A stretch of DNA of 64,000 nucleotides from contig CAXHJY010000431.1 in NCBI GenBank assembly GCA_964016885.1, positions 23,233 to 87,232 on the forward strand, given 5' to 3'. The stretch comes from Eledone cirrhosa (taxonomy: Eukaryota). The stretch's first letter is position 1; every line of letters begins with the position of its first letter. The notes beneath the pieces are model-generated. The model saw only the letters and a program-made list of their open reading frames with translations. It was not told the origin of the DNA and searched no databases. The position numbers and the translations under genes are program-made. Below are positions 27,225-40,986 of this stretch, piece after piece.

Positions 27225-27225
<1 letters not shown>
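26390..27225 (+). mobile_element. Penelope-like (Naiad-type) 3' fragment with GIY-YIG endonuclease
   Basis: ORF 26293-27021: KVKLGYSC..NM, CFC...CPL...C, VVYEA...CVG.AE..FKERF.NH, LC..E, LNSRNE...CSH; ends in (TA)n. Confidence 0.88.
27089..27126 (+). ncRNA. Minimal hammerhead motif (C3U) downstream of the GIY-YIG ORF
   Basis: cgag-TTGAGGA-tccactaaggt-GAAA-caattg-TT-ctcg, with extendable stem I (ccat../..atgg). Confidence 0.65.
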
Positions 27226-27320
<95 letters not shown>

Positions 27321-27369
27321 TACATATATATAAATATATACATACATATATATATATGTATATATATAT

Positions 27370-29439
27370 ATAACCAAAAGTTTATATGGTTCATTGATTA
27401 TTCACCGAATTCAATTTTACAATAGATTAGAAGTACTCGACAGATTTTATCTGGAGTATCTATAATATTATTCAAAATATTAATAAATGAGAAATATTAT
27501 CATAACCAAATAGCAATGTGAATGGTATAATACCTTTAAATAACAATACGAATAAATGTAATTGTAGAAATAATTGTAAATAAATGCGAATAAATGTAAT
27601 CGACAGAAATTTATCTGGAGTATCTATAATATTATTCAAAATATTAATAAATTAGAAATATTATCATATCCATATAGCAATGTTAATGGTATTATACCTT
27701 TAAATAACAATGCGAGTACATGTAATTGTAGAAATAGGTCCGCATGCCCACTACAAAATAATTGCCTTGATAAAAATCTTGTATACAAATGTACCATTAA
27801 GGCAAATGGTAATGTCTATAATTACATAGGTGCCACTTCATCTAAATTTAAGGACCGATGATATAATCACAAGCATACTTTTAATAGACCGGATAAAAAA
27901 TTCTCAACTTCACTTTCACAATTAGTATGGTCATTAAAAGACAATAACATTAAATACTCCATCTCTTGGAGAAAATTAAGATATGCTATCCCCTACCGGA
28001 ACTCGGCAATCTCGGAATTTTTCCATCTTTGCAACGAGGATATCCTTCACATAATCACCAACCATGACAATTTAAGCAACAAAAAGAATGAATTATTTAG
28101 TTCTTGTCATCATAAAATTGGTAAGACTTTCCAGGCAATGTACCAGTTCCAAAAAAATACGGACGAATAACACCTTGAATATATGTAAATTTGCCTAATT
28201 GAAGTAAAAATTATATATATTTATATGTAATAACATAACCTCATTGAGAGTTTTTTATCCTACGAATAGATTAGGATAGTTCAGTATTTAACTAGACATT
28301 AATTAAGATATATAGATTAGATATGTTAAGGAACTTAAAAAATCGTTGGATGAGAGAGAAGATATTTCCTCTAAGTTAAACAAATTTTTTTTTGCATTGT
28401 AAAAGAGTTTTCTTCCTTTTGTTTACATTGTCCGTAAATTATATTAGCTTGCAAAAAATATATATAAAATATAGATTAATAGATAATAATTAATAGTTTA
28501 ATGGTACATAGACTATCATTAAACTTAAACTTTATATATTAGAATAATTAAGTATTGAAGTAAATATAAATATAACCCTTCATTAAGTGAAATAAAGTTT
28601 ATGGAGAGTAAATATAACCACATGTAGATTTTAAAAAATAAATGAAAATATTAAAAAAGTTTCACCTAAAGTGTAATTTTGAATTAATTAAGATGATAAA
28701 TGAACAAAATATATTATATATTGATGTGGATATATGCATTTTTAATACATTTTAATACATATTTAATAGATATTTAATAAACATTAAAGATAAAATGTTT
28801 AAAAGTTGCATTATAATGCTAAATAGAATATATAACAATATCTTACCTTATAATAAAACATTGTCATAATCTAGAATGAATTAAATTAAATTAAATTAAT
28901 TTAAGCATATAAATTTGTAATTAACTTAAATATTCGATTGCCGTAGAAATGAATCTATGCCTAATAATCTAGATATATTATAAACTTATAATTAATTAAA
29001 GCGTAATCCAATACTAGCAGCATTCATTGATAAATAATAAGAATAATTTTTGAATTTTCTGTCTAGGATTTGAATACAACGGGTTTTTTTATTCTCTCCT
29101 TTTCTTTATCCTTTCCTTTTCCTTTCCTTCTTTTCTTTATTTCCTTTCTTTTCCCTCCGCATCTTCCTTTCAACTCCCTTTCTATATTTCTTCGTTGCTT
29201 TACGTCTTCTTCTCTAAGTTTATCATATTATTTATGGTATATAAATGTTGAGTGTTGGGGAAATAACTTACTACCACTACAGGAATTGAAGATTCAAGAC
29301 CTTAGGGGTATGTGGTATAACCAATCTCTTATATATTTTATCTGATGAAAACGTACTGAAACACCATTATACCTTTGAAATATGTATAATAAAATATATA
29401 CTTTGGTTATGATAATATTTCTCATTTATTAATATTTTG

Positions 29440-29445
<6 letters not shown>
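27370..29445 (+). mobile_element. Penelope-like (Naiad-type) 3' fragment, related to 14343-17355
   Basis: CNCRNRSACPLQNNCLDKNLVYKC..YIG at ~27720-28170; 3' terminus homologous to that of 14343-17355; bounded by (TA)n. Confidence 0.88.
29331..29399 (+). ncRNA. Type-I hammerhead ribozyme
   Basis: atatattttat-CTGATGA-stemII-GAAA-tatgta-TA-ataaaatatat. Confidence 0.75.
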
Positions 29446-29494
<49 letters not shown>

Positions 29495-29497
<3 letters not shown>

Positions 29498-30186
29498 GAC
29501 ATGGCCCGCAGAATGTGTTCCTCGATTCTCAGAACCTTCCAGTCGAGAGATATCCACACTGTTATCCTTCTCTTCACTTTTGCCCGACCCCGCCTTGAAT
29601 ACTGTTGTCCACTGTGGTCTCCCCACACGAAACAAAGTATCATGAAAGTTGAAGCACCCCAAAGGTCAATTACCAAAAAGATAGATGGCATGACAGGCCT
29701 TGACTATTGGAGTCGATTAGAAAAGCTCAACCATTATTCTCTCCAACGTCGCTGTGAGCGCTACATTATCTGCATGATGTATAAAATATTCCATCAGCTT
29801 TGCCCAAATGATGGTGGCATCACCTTTAAGGTACACCCAAGGCTTGGGCCCAGTGCTATCCGCCCACGACAAAAATCTCACTCGCATCTCATAACAACAA
29901 TACGGCACAATTATTTCACCTCAATTGGCCCCGCTCTCTTTAACATTACACCAAAACACATTAAAACAGAAACAGACCCCATCAAGTGCAAGAAGTCTTT
30001 GGAAAAATTCCTTCAAGAAAACCCAGATAAGCCTCCTACACCCGGATATACCTCCGTAAACAATAACTCTCTACTTGAGTGGGCCATGGTGCCCAAATCC
30101 TGATTTGAAAGACTTCGCCAGGTGGTGCTATTAAGTTAGACATGGCCTGGGCCAATACTGGCCAAAACCTATCAAAGTTATCAAAG

Positions 30187-30188
<2 letters not shown>
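29495..30188 (+). mobile_element. CR1/L2-group LINE 3' end
   Basis: ORF 29501-30103 with RPRLEYCCPLWSPH..E..QR..TK.I..Y..RL..L..SL.RR; tail (TATCAAAGT)2. Confidence 0.85.
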
Positions 30189-30237
<49 letters not shown>

Positions 30238-30240
<3 letters not shown>

Positions 30241-30862
30241 TGATTAATGTTCAGAGCCATTCTCAGCATTCTCGTGTAGCCCCCATCCACCATCTGAGTG
30301 AGTTTCTTGGTCAGTGTCCAAGTCTCAGACCCGTATAGCAGCACAGACTCCACTACAGCAATGAAGAGGCGGATTTTCAGGTCTTTACGAAGGTCCGACT
30401 TCCACACCGATCTCAAGCTGTGGCACGCCGCCCAGGCTTTGCTCTTCCTCTCAACCACATCATCTTCCGTATTCCCAATCTTTGCTCCCAAATACAGGAA
30501 ACCCTCAACCAATTCTAGCGGCTTCCCGCCTACATTAGTAATCCCCTCTGAACATTAATCAGTATACACTGAGGATGAAAAACTCAGAGCTGTACGGGAG
30601 CCTCCTAAAATTCAGCTCAAAAGTTACACAGAGGAGACTGAGGTTAGCTGGACATGTTCACCGACATCCAGAGTTGACATTGCACTCAGTGCTTCTGTGG
30701 GAGCCACTACATGGACACACTGGAAGAGGAAGAGCAAGGTTAACGTATGTTGATGCCCTAAGGACAGGCACTGGTCTGTTGGAGACGCAGGACATGGCAG
30801 CGATAATGAGCGACAGAGACCGCTGGAGTGAACTCGTCCATGGATTTCGGGAATTTTACGCG

Positions 30863-30866
<4 letters not shown>
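30238..30866. mobile_element. RTE-like LINE 3' fragment with 5' inversion
   Basis: Minus 30238-30546 encodes FLYLG..SVLLYGSETW..RMLR; plus 30547-30866 continues RRLRLAGHVHRH; in (TA)n. Confidence 0.85.
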
Positions 30867-30903
<37 letters not shown>

Positions 30904-30969
30904 GAAGAGTGAAGAAACATTTAGATATAATTAGTAATAAGATGTATCATACCTAAACTGCTTCTAGAT

Positions 30970-31059
30970 TCCTCGACTACGTAGTTTCGTGGCATAATCA
31001 AAAACAATACATCATAGAGATATAGAGCTTTTGTGAGGTCTGCCGACTTATCAAGAGGA
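30970..31059 (-). ncRNA. Hammerhead ribozyme, U3:A8 variant (second copy)
   Basis: tcctc-TTGATAA-gtcggca...tgccac-GAAA-ctacgtag-TC-gagga. Confidence 0.68.
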
Positions 31060-31457
31060 TACCTCATTTTACTAGCTTCAGAGGGCACGTCTATAAGATG
31101 TGAGATAGAATCCCAAAAGGCGGAGGGGGAGTCAATCACGTGATACGACGGTCAAGAAACAGAGCTAAGCCCCTTATAACCCTGAAAAAAATACCACGGA
31201 GGCGGAGGGGGTATTTATATCGAGTATAAATATATTAGGTATGATACATCTTATTACTAATTATATCTAAATGTTTCTTCTCTCTTCATAATGTACTTTT
31301 AGCTCTGATACTGGTTCAGTCTAATCCATTCGGATTGGTTTGTCCCAGTTATTCATAGAGCAACATCGGTTAAGGTTGGCACCATTAACTCAAGGATGGA
31401 TGTGGATATATTCATGTATATGTATGTGTCCGCATGTATCTGTGTGTTTCTCAATAT

Positions 31458-31547
<90 letters not shown>

Positions 31548-32086
31548 GCCGAACACTATCATTTTCTTTTCTTCTTTTAAAAAAATCCTTTCAATTTTCA
31601 ATTATGCTGAGATAAATGAAGGAACAGTCGAAAATATTCTATTGTATCGAATATATCTATAATACTTATGAAAAGGAAGTTTGTACGTTGACCGCTAATA
31701 ACATTAGATTAACATTTTTCGTGTGATTTCAACTAATCTGACCTCCAACATTCTAGCTAGCGACTTTTTCTTCGAAAAATGAATGGATTGTGGGGGTGAA
31801 TTTACTGCTCTTATTAGCACATAGGTATTCTTGTCTATAATCTGCACTATAAGAACCGTGCCTGCCTGTTTACCCGTTTGTCATGTTATCTGTATATAGA
31901 GAGGGATATAATAGTCCACCGCTCATTCACTCCACTCCTTCTTCCTAACTAACAAAAACGTAATGTGTGAATAAACGAAAAAAATACGGAGGTTTTTTAG
32001 TTGTGTGTGTGTGTAGGTGTGTGTGTGTAGGTGTGTATGTGTGTGTATGTAGGTGTGTGTGTGTGGGGGGGTATGGGCGTGTGTGT

Positions 32087-33084
32087 TAGTGTGGCCCTTA
32101 GCAATAAGTAATTTTCCGAAAGTTAAAATGTTGCTGCCCCCAACCCTGTTCCAATCAATCTGACAACTGTTAGGCGAACCTCAAATGTCTTGAAGTTGGA
32201 ACACAGTATACGCAACGATTAATTCTGTTCAAAAGCGGTATACTGTTCCCCCCACCCCAATCCATTTTCCGAAAAGAAGGTGATTGCGAGCATGTCTGAG
32301 GTTATATTAGTTGAAAACACACGAAAAAAAAACTTAGGAAACAAAATTTCTTCGTGATCCCCAGAGGGTGCTTTTCTCAAACGGCCGAAAGTGCTTATCT
32401 GTAACACTGAGGGTCCCCTCTGTTTTCGGAAAAAAGGAGTCGTTGGCGAGTGAATCAAATATCAGATAGGCCGACAGCAAACGAAAAAAACGTAGAAAAG
32501 AAAGATATTCCCCCTGAATAAATCTCGGGGGCTGGGAAAATCCGAGGGTACTCCCCCCCCCCCCAATTCCGTTTTTAGAAAAAAGTCTATTGCGAGCATT
32601 GTATTTCTCTCTCAATAATAACAACAGTCACCTGTCATTATATTGAGAGTCTTTTCTTAAGTCTGTGTTGCGTTGTTAGACACACACACACACACACTAA
32701 GGTGGCTTTTATTTTTCAACTTTCTCAAAGTTTGGGTCCCACTTCCCTATCCTATTTCAATTAACAAAACGCCAATGTATGCAAAACTTTTTAGCTCAAG
32801 CGGACAACTGCAAGGCGACCCTCATCGTGAAATTTTGAAGTTTTCGCCCAGAAAGTCATTTTTTCAGATAAAAACTTGTTATCTCTTATAGAATTTTCTC
32901 TTAAATTAAAACCTTGTTCAGATTTATTCTTGGTATTAGAAGGATAAGTGACAATAAATATAATGGGGAAGGAAACTTACAAAGCTGGGAACAGAGCGCA
33001 GGTATAGGACAAACACCTATTTTCGGTGTGGGAGAAGCAAAATTTTAACTTTCGGAAAATTACCTATTGCTAAGGGCCACCCTA
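32087..33084. mobile_element. Non-autonomous TIR transposon (hAT/hATm-like ends)
   Basis: ~48-bp TIRs: TAG(T/G)GTGGCCCTTAGCAATA(A/G)GTAATTTTCCGAAAGTTAAAAT. Confidence 0.8.
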
Positions 33085-33239
33085 ATATACATATATCCGT
33101 ATGTGGTTGACAGCTGAGAGAAATGAGTACTCGGTATTGAGTAATATATATATATATATATATACTCTCCTTACTATCCTTGCTTTCATATTTCTCCTTG
33201 TTCCCCTTTTCTCATTGTATTTGTATATAAACAATATAT

Positions 33240-34005
33240 ATACAAGGAGAAAGGGAGAGCAAAGATAAAAGGAGAGCAAGGACAGCAAGGAGAGCAAGGG
33301 GAGGAAGGAGAAAAGGAGAGCAAGGAGAGGAATGAGAAAAGGAGAGCAAATAGAGCAATGAGAAAAGGAGAGCGAGGAGAACAAGGAGAAAAGGAGAACA
33401 AGGAGAAAAGGAGAGCTAAGACAAAAGGAGAGCAATGAGAAAAGGAGAGCAACGAGAGCAACGAGAGCAACGAGAAAATGAGAGCAATAAGAAAAAGAGA
33501 ACAAGGAGTGCAATGAGAAAAGGAGAGCAAGGAGAGCAAGGATAAAAGAAGAGCAAAGAGAGCAAGGATAAAAAGAGAGCATGGAGAGCAAGGAGAAAAA
33601 GGAGAGCAAGGAGAGCAATGATAAAGGGAGAGCAAGGAGAGCAATGAGAAAAGGAGGGAAATGAGAGCAAGGATAAAAGGAGAACAAGGAGAGCAAGGAG
33701 AAAAGGAGAGCAAATAGAGCAATGAGAACAAGGAGAAAAGGAGAACAACAACAAAAGGAGAGCAAAGATAAAAGGAGAGCAAAGCCAAAAGGAGAGCAAT
33801 GAGAAAAGGAGAGCAACGAGAGCAACGAGAGCAACGAGAAAATGAGAGCAATAAGAAAAAGAGAGCAAGGAGTGCAATGAGAAAAGGAGAGCAAGGAGAG
33901 CAAGGAGAGCAAGGATAAAAGGAGAGCAAGGAGAGCAAGGAGAGCAATGAGAAAAGGGGGTCAAGGAGGGCAAGGATAAAAGGAGAGCAATGAGAACAAG
34001 GAGAG
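33240..34005. repeat. Purine-rich minisatellite (GGAGAGCAA-based)
   Basis: Many variants of 9-bp GGAGAGCAA/GGAGAAAA units; the overlapping ORFs are artefacts. Confidence 0.9.
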
Positions 34006-34039
34006 GTTATGCTGGAAGCAGACAAAGGTGAAAAAGTCA

Positions 34040-34330
34040 ACTGAAGAGGTACATTCTGCACCAAAATGACTCTTCTTCCTTTACAAACATCGAGTTTTCG
34101 TCTTTTTGTAACTCCTGGTAGAAAAACTTTCTTCACGAGATTTTCTATCAGCACCAATTTCCTCTACAAAGACCCTTCAACATGGAAACATGATCCTGGT
34201 TACAGAAGTGGACTTGAAAAACTTTAGAAGACAGTTGTTGTGAATGATGTTGCAGATAGAGGTGTCAAACTCATTGAGCATTACAATAACAATCTCACAA
34301 AAGATGAAACTGAGAAACAATTTGTTTTAC
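34040..34330 (+). mobile_element. hAT(m)-like transposase C-terminal fragment
   Basis: VVNDVADRGVKLIEHYNNNLTKDETEKQFVL motif. Confidence 0.65.
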
Positions 34331-34646
34331 CTCCCAGCTTCGGAGATTTCGTCAGCGGGATAACAGAGACGGGAAAGGAGGGGACACTCGAAGTTACATA
34401 TAAGCACCTCTCAGTCGTTTAAATTTGTAGAAAAGAAATCCTTTGTTGTTTTGATCCTTTATCATTTTCTACTGTTGTGGAAAGCGTTGTAAGCTTAATT
34501 AATTAAGTATTCCTCAATTTTCAAATCCTCCATTCCAATGAGAAGTGGCTGTGAAAGAGCCCCCCCCCCCCTCCACAAAACCCCCCACAAAACAATGAAA
34601 CGAAACAAAAAAAAAAACGAAAAACAAACAAACAAACAAAACATCA

Positions 34647-35170
34647 CAGTAAATGCCATCAACAAAATCTCTCACAGATGATCCCTGGAGGTAGCCAGAC
34701 CTATAAATCTATTGACAACGTTGTCAAAGAAGACGAAAGTGATCATTATCTCGTTGAAATTTTCAACAGTCTGGAACCAACCTTGAATTGAAGAAGGAGA
34801 TAGTCACCATGCTTCTCAGAAATTTGAATCATCCATAATTGTGCAATGGGACAAGTATGGTTGTGGCTGAACTACAACCTTACATTATCGAAGCCAAAAA
34901 CCTTCACTGGATGTGGTAAGAGAGACATCATATGTATACGTGAAATATCGTTAATACCAAACGATTGAAATTCCCAGTGAGAGTCAGTTATGCAATAACC
35001 ATTAACAAGTCCCAAGGTCAAACATTCCAGGTTATCGGTCTCCATCTAGAAGAGGGCTGTTTCTCACATGGAATTGTATGTAGATTGTTCCAGACTAGGA
35101 AGAGCCTGTAAACTTCATGTATGCTCAAAAGAAAAAAGTTAAATACATTGTATATACTGAAGTTCTGTAA
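34647..35170 (+). mobile_element. Helitron Pif1-like helicase C-terminal pseudogene fragment
   Basis: MLLRNLN..LCNGT, FPVRVSYAITINKSQGQT and CFSHG..YV..SR motifs, with frameshifts. Confidence 0.85.
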
Positions 35171-35368
35171 ATGTTTATAATTTTCATAGAATACATTTAT
35201 CTATTATTTTATTGCTTTCTGTATTTACATATTCTAAATAAATTTTTAAAATTATGTTGTGCAATATTTAAATACCTTTTAACATCTTTTATTCTAAGAA
35301 CAATAGACATTATGATAGATGCTAATAGATGCTTTATGAATAGATTTCAACACAGTACAGACCAGGGG

Positions 35369-35493
<125 letters not shown>

Positions 35494-35577
35494 CGTGCGT
35501 ATGTATACATCACAAGCGGTTTTAAGACGAAAACAGATGTGTGTTGATGTGTTGAAACCGCCGGTAATGCAGAAATA

Positions 35578-35625
<48 letters not shown>

Positions 35626-35656
35626 ATATTTGCGCGCGTATATCTATCTACATGTA

Positions 35657-35687
<31 letters not shown>

Positions 35688-35690
35688 TTG

Positions 35691-35749
<59 letters not shown>

Positions 35750-35750
<1 letters not shown>

Positions 35751-35890
35751 TATGTTTCTTTATTAGCCACAGGGGCACAAAAGAAGGGGACAAATACAAA
35801 GGGGGGAAGTTTACATACAATAAAAACGTGTAAAATATTATCACAAATGCAATTTAAAAAATTAGTCGATTTTCCCTAATAGGGGGAGAC
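35750..35890 (-). mobile_element. Tx1-like LINE 3' UTR fragment
   Basis: Reverse complement of TTTGTATTTGTCCCCTTCTTTTGTGCCCCTGTGGCTAATAAAGAAA, the tail seen at 43370-43415. Confidence 0.8.
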
Positions 35891-36665
35891 AGTTCATATG
35901 GGTAACACATATATATACACAGATAGATAGATAGATAGATATTCAGTCATCATCCGATTCTTGTAAACGCCCTCACTCTATGTAACTTCTTGTAATGTCC
36001 CATCCATCTGGTACCCCTGTGGCAAATAATAGAAATTATTATTATTATTATCATTATTATTCTTATTATTATTGTTTCTATAAAATTTTGACTTGTATAT
36101 TTTAACAATAAGAGACTACTAAATATGATGCTAGCTTGGGTATATTTTAACTTCTGATGCAGCTTAACTACAACTACCAAATCAATATTTCTCCTTCACT
36201 ATACTACACTTGTCTTTGCTTTGCTTTTTCTGAAAATCGTTGTCATGTAGTTTAATCACTTAGCAACCAGCTTGCTTTTAAACTCCGCAGGAGAAAGGTA
36301 AAACGCAAACAAAAAAGAAACAACAAAACAAAAACAAAAACAAACATTGTTTTGTCTTTGCTGAGATTATTATCACATACAATAACTTAGGCGACGTTGA
36401 AAAGTAAAGTGCTGCTCGAAATATTAATTCATCGAATTCGGAGGGGAGGGAAAGTTGGTGTTGTCATCAATAATTACTTAGTACCGAATGTCACCGTCGT
36501 CGTCGCCACCGTTATCATCTTCGTCAACGTCGCCTCTATTTCTTATTATTCCATCCATGGACCCTCTTAACTCCTGATGGAGTCGTGGAGCATTTTAAAC
36601 CTGTCGGATCCCATCGCAATGCAGATTTGAACACACCCGATTTCTCACTGCCCCCCCCCCCCGAG

Positions 36666-36735
<70 letters not shown>

Positions 36736-36756
36736 GGAGAGAGAAAGAGAGAGAAA

Positions 36757-36836
<80 letters not shown>

Positions 36837-37342
36837 TCGGCCCCAGTATTCCAGTATTGAACTGCTACTTTATTTATCGATCTCGAAAGGATGAAAGGTA
36901 AACTTGACCTCGGCAGGGTTTAAACTAAGAACGCCGAGCACCGGAACAAATACCGCAGAGCATTTCATACGAGGTTCTAACGATTACAACCATTTCGACG
37001 CCTCATATTATTATTCAGTGCTAAAAAGTATTCACCAAAATTTTTCTCCGCAGTGAGTTGCGCTCTTTCTATTTCTTCTTGTTTGTTTAGCTGGTGTGTT
37101 GAAGTTGCTCAAATGTAGTGTTTATGTGTTAACGTGGTCATATGCAGTGCCGACGGCCCCACCCGCTCCGGCTCCATACTTCTGTGATTATTAGTGGAAC
37201 GGAAAGAGAGATTGCTCGTGTACTTTTCTCTAAATTCTAAAAAAAAAAAAAAAAAAAAAGAGAATTTGAAACAAAAAGAAAGTAAAGTTAGAATCTTTTC
37301 AAAAGAAAAAGAAAAATAACGAAAAGAAAGTTTTGAAGTGGA

Positions 37343-37487
<145 letters not shown>

Positions 37488-37662
37488 TATGTATATGCAT
37501 GCATACATACATACATAGGAATATACACATATAAAGACCCCTATCGTAATATGTTGGTCCTTGGTACAGTTTTATTTTCATTATATATTATATCATGTTA
37601 TATTATATTATATATATATATATATTTATATACATGCATATATATACATGCATATATATACA

Positions 37663-37715
<53 letters not shown>

Positions 37716-37844
37716 TATATATATAACGAAGGAATTGTGGTAAGGAACCAGATGGACCATAACGCACCAAAGTTCTCAATACGTAGTGTGGTAGAGTGGG
37801 TAATAGGAACAAGAATGACCCCGACGGCAGAGCTCATTTGTTCC

Positions 37845-37895
<51 letters not shown>

Positions 37896-37954
37896 GGAAC
37901 AAGTAAGACCCCGACGGCTGAGCTCAAGCCGTTTCGACGGCTACATTTCCTTCG

Positions 37955-38003
<49 letters not shown>

Positions 38004-38004
38004 C

Positions 38005-38116
<112 letters not shown>

Positions 38117-38130
38117 ATAAATATATATAT

Positions 38131-38288
38131 ATTTAAACGTATGTTGTTACTCTAAGGACCTACCCGTGTCGAGTGCTTTGCTAACTCATTCATATCGTAT
38201 ATATATATATATATATATATACGATATGAATGAGTTAGCAAAGCACTCGACACGGGTAGGTCCTTAGAGTAATAACATACGTTTAAAT
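38131..38288. repeat. Inverted repeat centred on (TA)n
   Basis: ~67-bp arms around a TA tract at 38198-38221. Confidence 0.85.
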
Positions 38289-38363
38289 AGCTTGACAAAT
38301 TGAAGATTGTGGTAGGCAAAATCTAACACACGATACCAAAGTACCGAAAGAACTAATAGGTTG

Positions 38364-38449
<86 letters not shown>

Positions 38450-38814
38450 GTCACCAGGTGACAGCGAAAATGTAGATATAAAATGGTATTTATTGAATAA
38501 TTCCACTGCTTATACGAGGTGTTCCCGATATGAGTGTATATATAGTCTGCTTCTACATACATGTTTTGTGCGCAGCGATAGGCATTAATATGTATGTATG
38601 TGAGCATGTATGTATTTATGTCTGTATGTATGTATGTAAGCATGCACGTATGTATGTATGTATGTATGTATGTATGTATGTATGTATGTATGTATGTATG
38701 TATGTATATATGTATGTATGTATGTATGTATCTATGTATGTGACCATGTATGTATGTATTTATGTATGTAAGCATGTATGTATGTATGTATGTGTGCATG
38801 TGCGTATGTATGTG

Positions 38815-38852
<38 letters not shown>

Positions 38853-39261
38853 TGTATGCGTGTATATATATATAGTTGAATGTAATTATGTATGTATGCA
38901 TATATATATACGTGTATAATTAAGTGTGCTTGTATTAGTCCATATATATATATGTATATACGTGTATGGGTGTATCTGTGTGTTTGCATGTGCTTATGCT
39001 TACGGTATACATTTGCGTGGAAGTGTATATATATTATTTTGCTCATGTGTGGGAGGCATATATGCAGGTATTTATATGATTTATTATGTATTTGCGTGTG
39101 TGTCTGTGTGTGCGGGCGTGTAAGTGTTGTGCCTGCGCGTGTGAATATCTGCATGTTCACGCGCGCTTACATTAATGGGAAAAAATACAGCAGATGGCCC
39201 ATAGCATTTCCAGCCGTATGACAACCCAAGGTTCAATATATATATTTGTTTAAATGTGTGC

Positions 39262-39370
<109 letters not shown>

Positions 39371-39380
39371 CTTATATATA

Positions 39381-39545
39381 TATATATATTTCGTAGGTAC
39401 TGTGCTGTTTTTTCAGTACGTCCTCGTCAGATAATACTGCCAATACTGGAATTGAACCATCAAAACCGTTGAGGTATGTCATACATCAATTCATGTATTT
39501 TATCTGACGAGGACGTACTGAAAATAACAGCACAGTACCTCCGAA

Positions 39546-39554
<9 letters not shown>
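39381..39554. mobile_element. ~170-bp PLE-derived mini-element with two divergent HHR motifs, in (TA)n
   Basis: HHR core on minus (39381-39434) and plus (39496-39554); the spacer matches the PLE 3' end at 17181-17250. Confidence 0.8.
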
Positions 39555-39585
<31 letters not shown>

Positions 39586-39610
39586 GTATGTATGTATGTA
39601 TGTCTGTATG

Positions 39611-39643
<33 letters not shown>

Positions 39644-39732
39644 TCTCTTTTACCTGTTCCAACCATCCGACTGAGGCCATGCTGGGGCACCGCTCTTGTT
39701 GTTACACATATATATGTGTGTGTATATATATA

Positions 39733-39904
<172 letters not shown>

Positions 39905-39914
39905 AATATATATA

Positions 39915-39995
<81 letters not shown>

Positions 39996-40655
39996 TGTGT
40001 GTGTGTGTGTATGTGTGTGACAGAGAGAGATAGGGAAAGAGCATGAAAGAGAGATGCATATGAAATTCAATGGGCCAACCATGTCACACCACGCCACGCT
40101 GAATCTCCCTGAGAATTAAGTTCAGGGTACACCTGTCTATGGAATGCTCAGCTGGTTACATGTTCAGTGCATAAACAGGTTATTCTGGTGCTCAAACAAC
40201 TGGAACGCTCATCGTCGAAACCGACGGAGGTCAATCCCAATATGTATGTAGAATATAGATAGTGCGTATGTGTGTGTATGTATGCTTGTAAGTGTGTGCA
40301 TATGTTCGTATCGTTGTAATGTCCGTAGATGTCGTGGGCTTATTTCTGTGATTGAATATATGTATGTATGTATGTATGTATGTGTGTATGTATGTATATA
40401 TGTATGTGTGTACTTATGTATGTACTTATGTATGTATATATGTATGTATGTATCCATGTACGTATGCACGCATGAACACACACACGCATATATGTATGTA
40501 AGTATGCATGAATATAAGTATGCTATGTGTGTATGTATATATATATGCATATATGTATATATGTATATATGTATATATGTATGTATGTTTGTATGTATGT
40601 ATATATGTATATGTATATATATTTATATGTATGTATATATATATATATATATATG

Positions 40656-40793
<138 letters not shown>

Positions 40794-40908
40794 GATGGTT
40801 GGCAAATCACTAACGAAGGACTAATTATATCATATGTAACCCATGTGCAACCACGCAGTATTCTTCTTTCTTCTCATGTTTTTTATATATATACATATGT
40901 ATATAGAT

Positions 40909-40986
<78 letters not shown>

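Noticed and set aside
33082-34157. Long Leu/Ser/Cys-Pro ORFs resembling membrane proteins
   Set aside because: Reverse strand of a purine minisatellite; open in all three frames.
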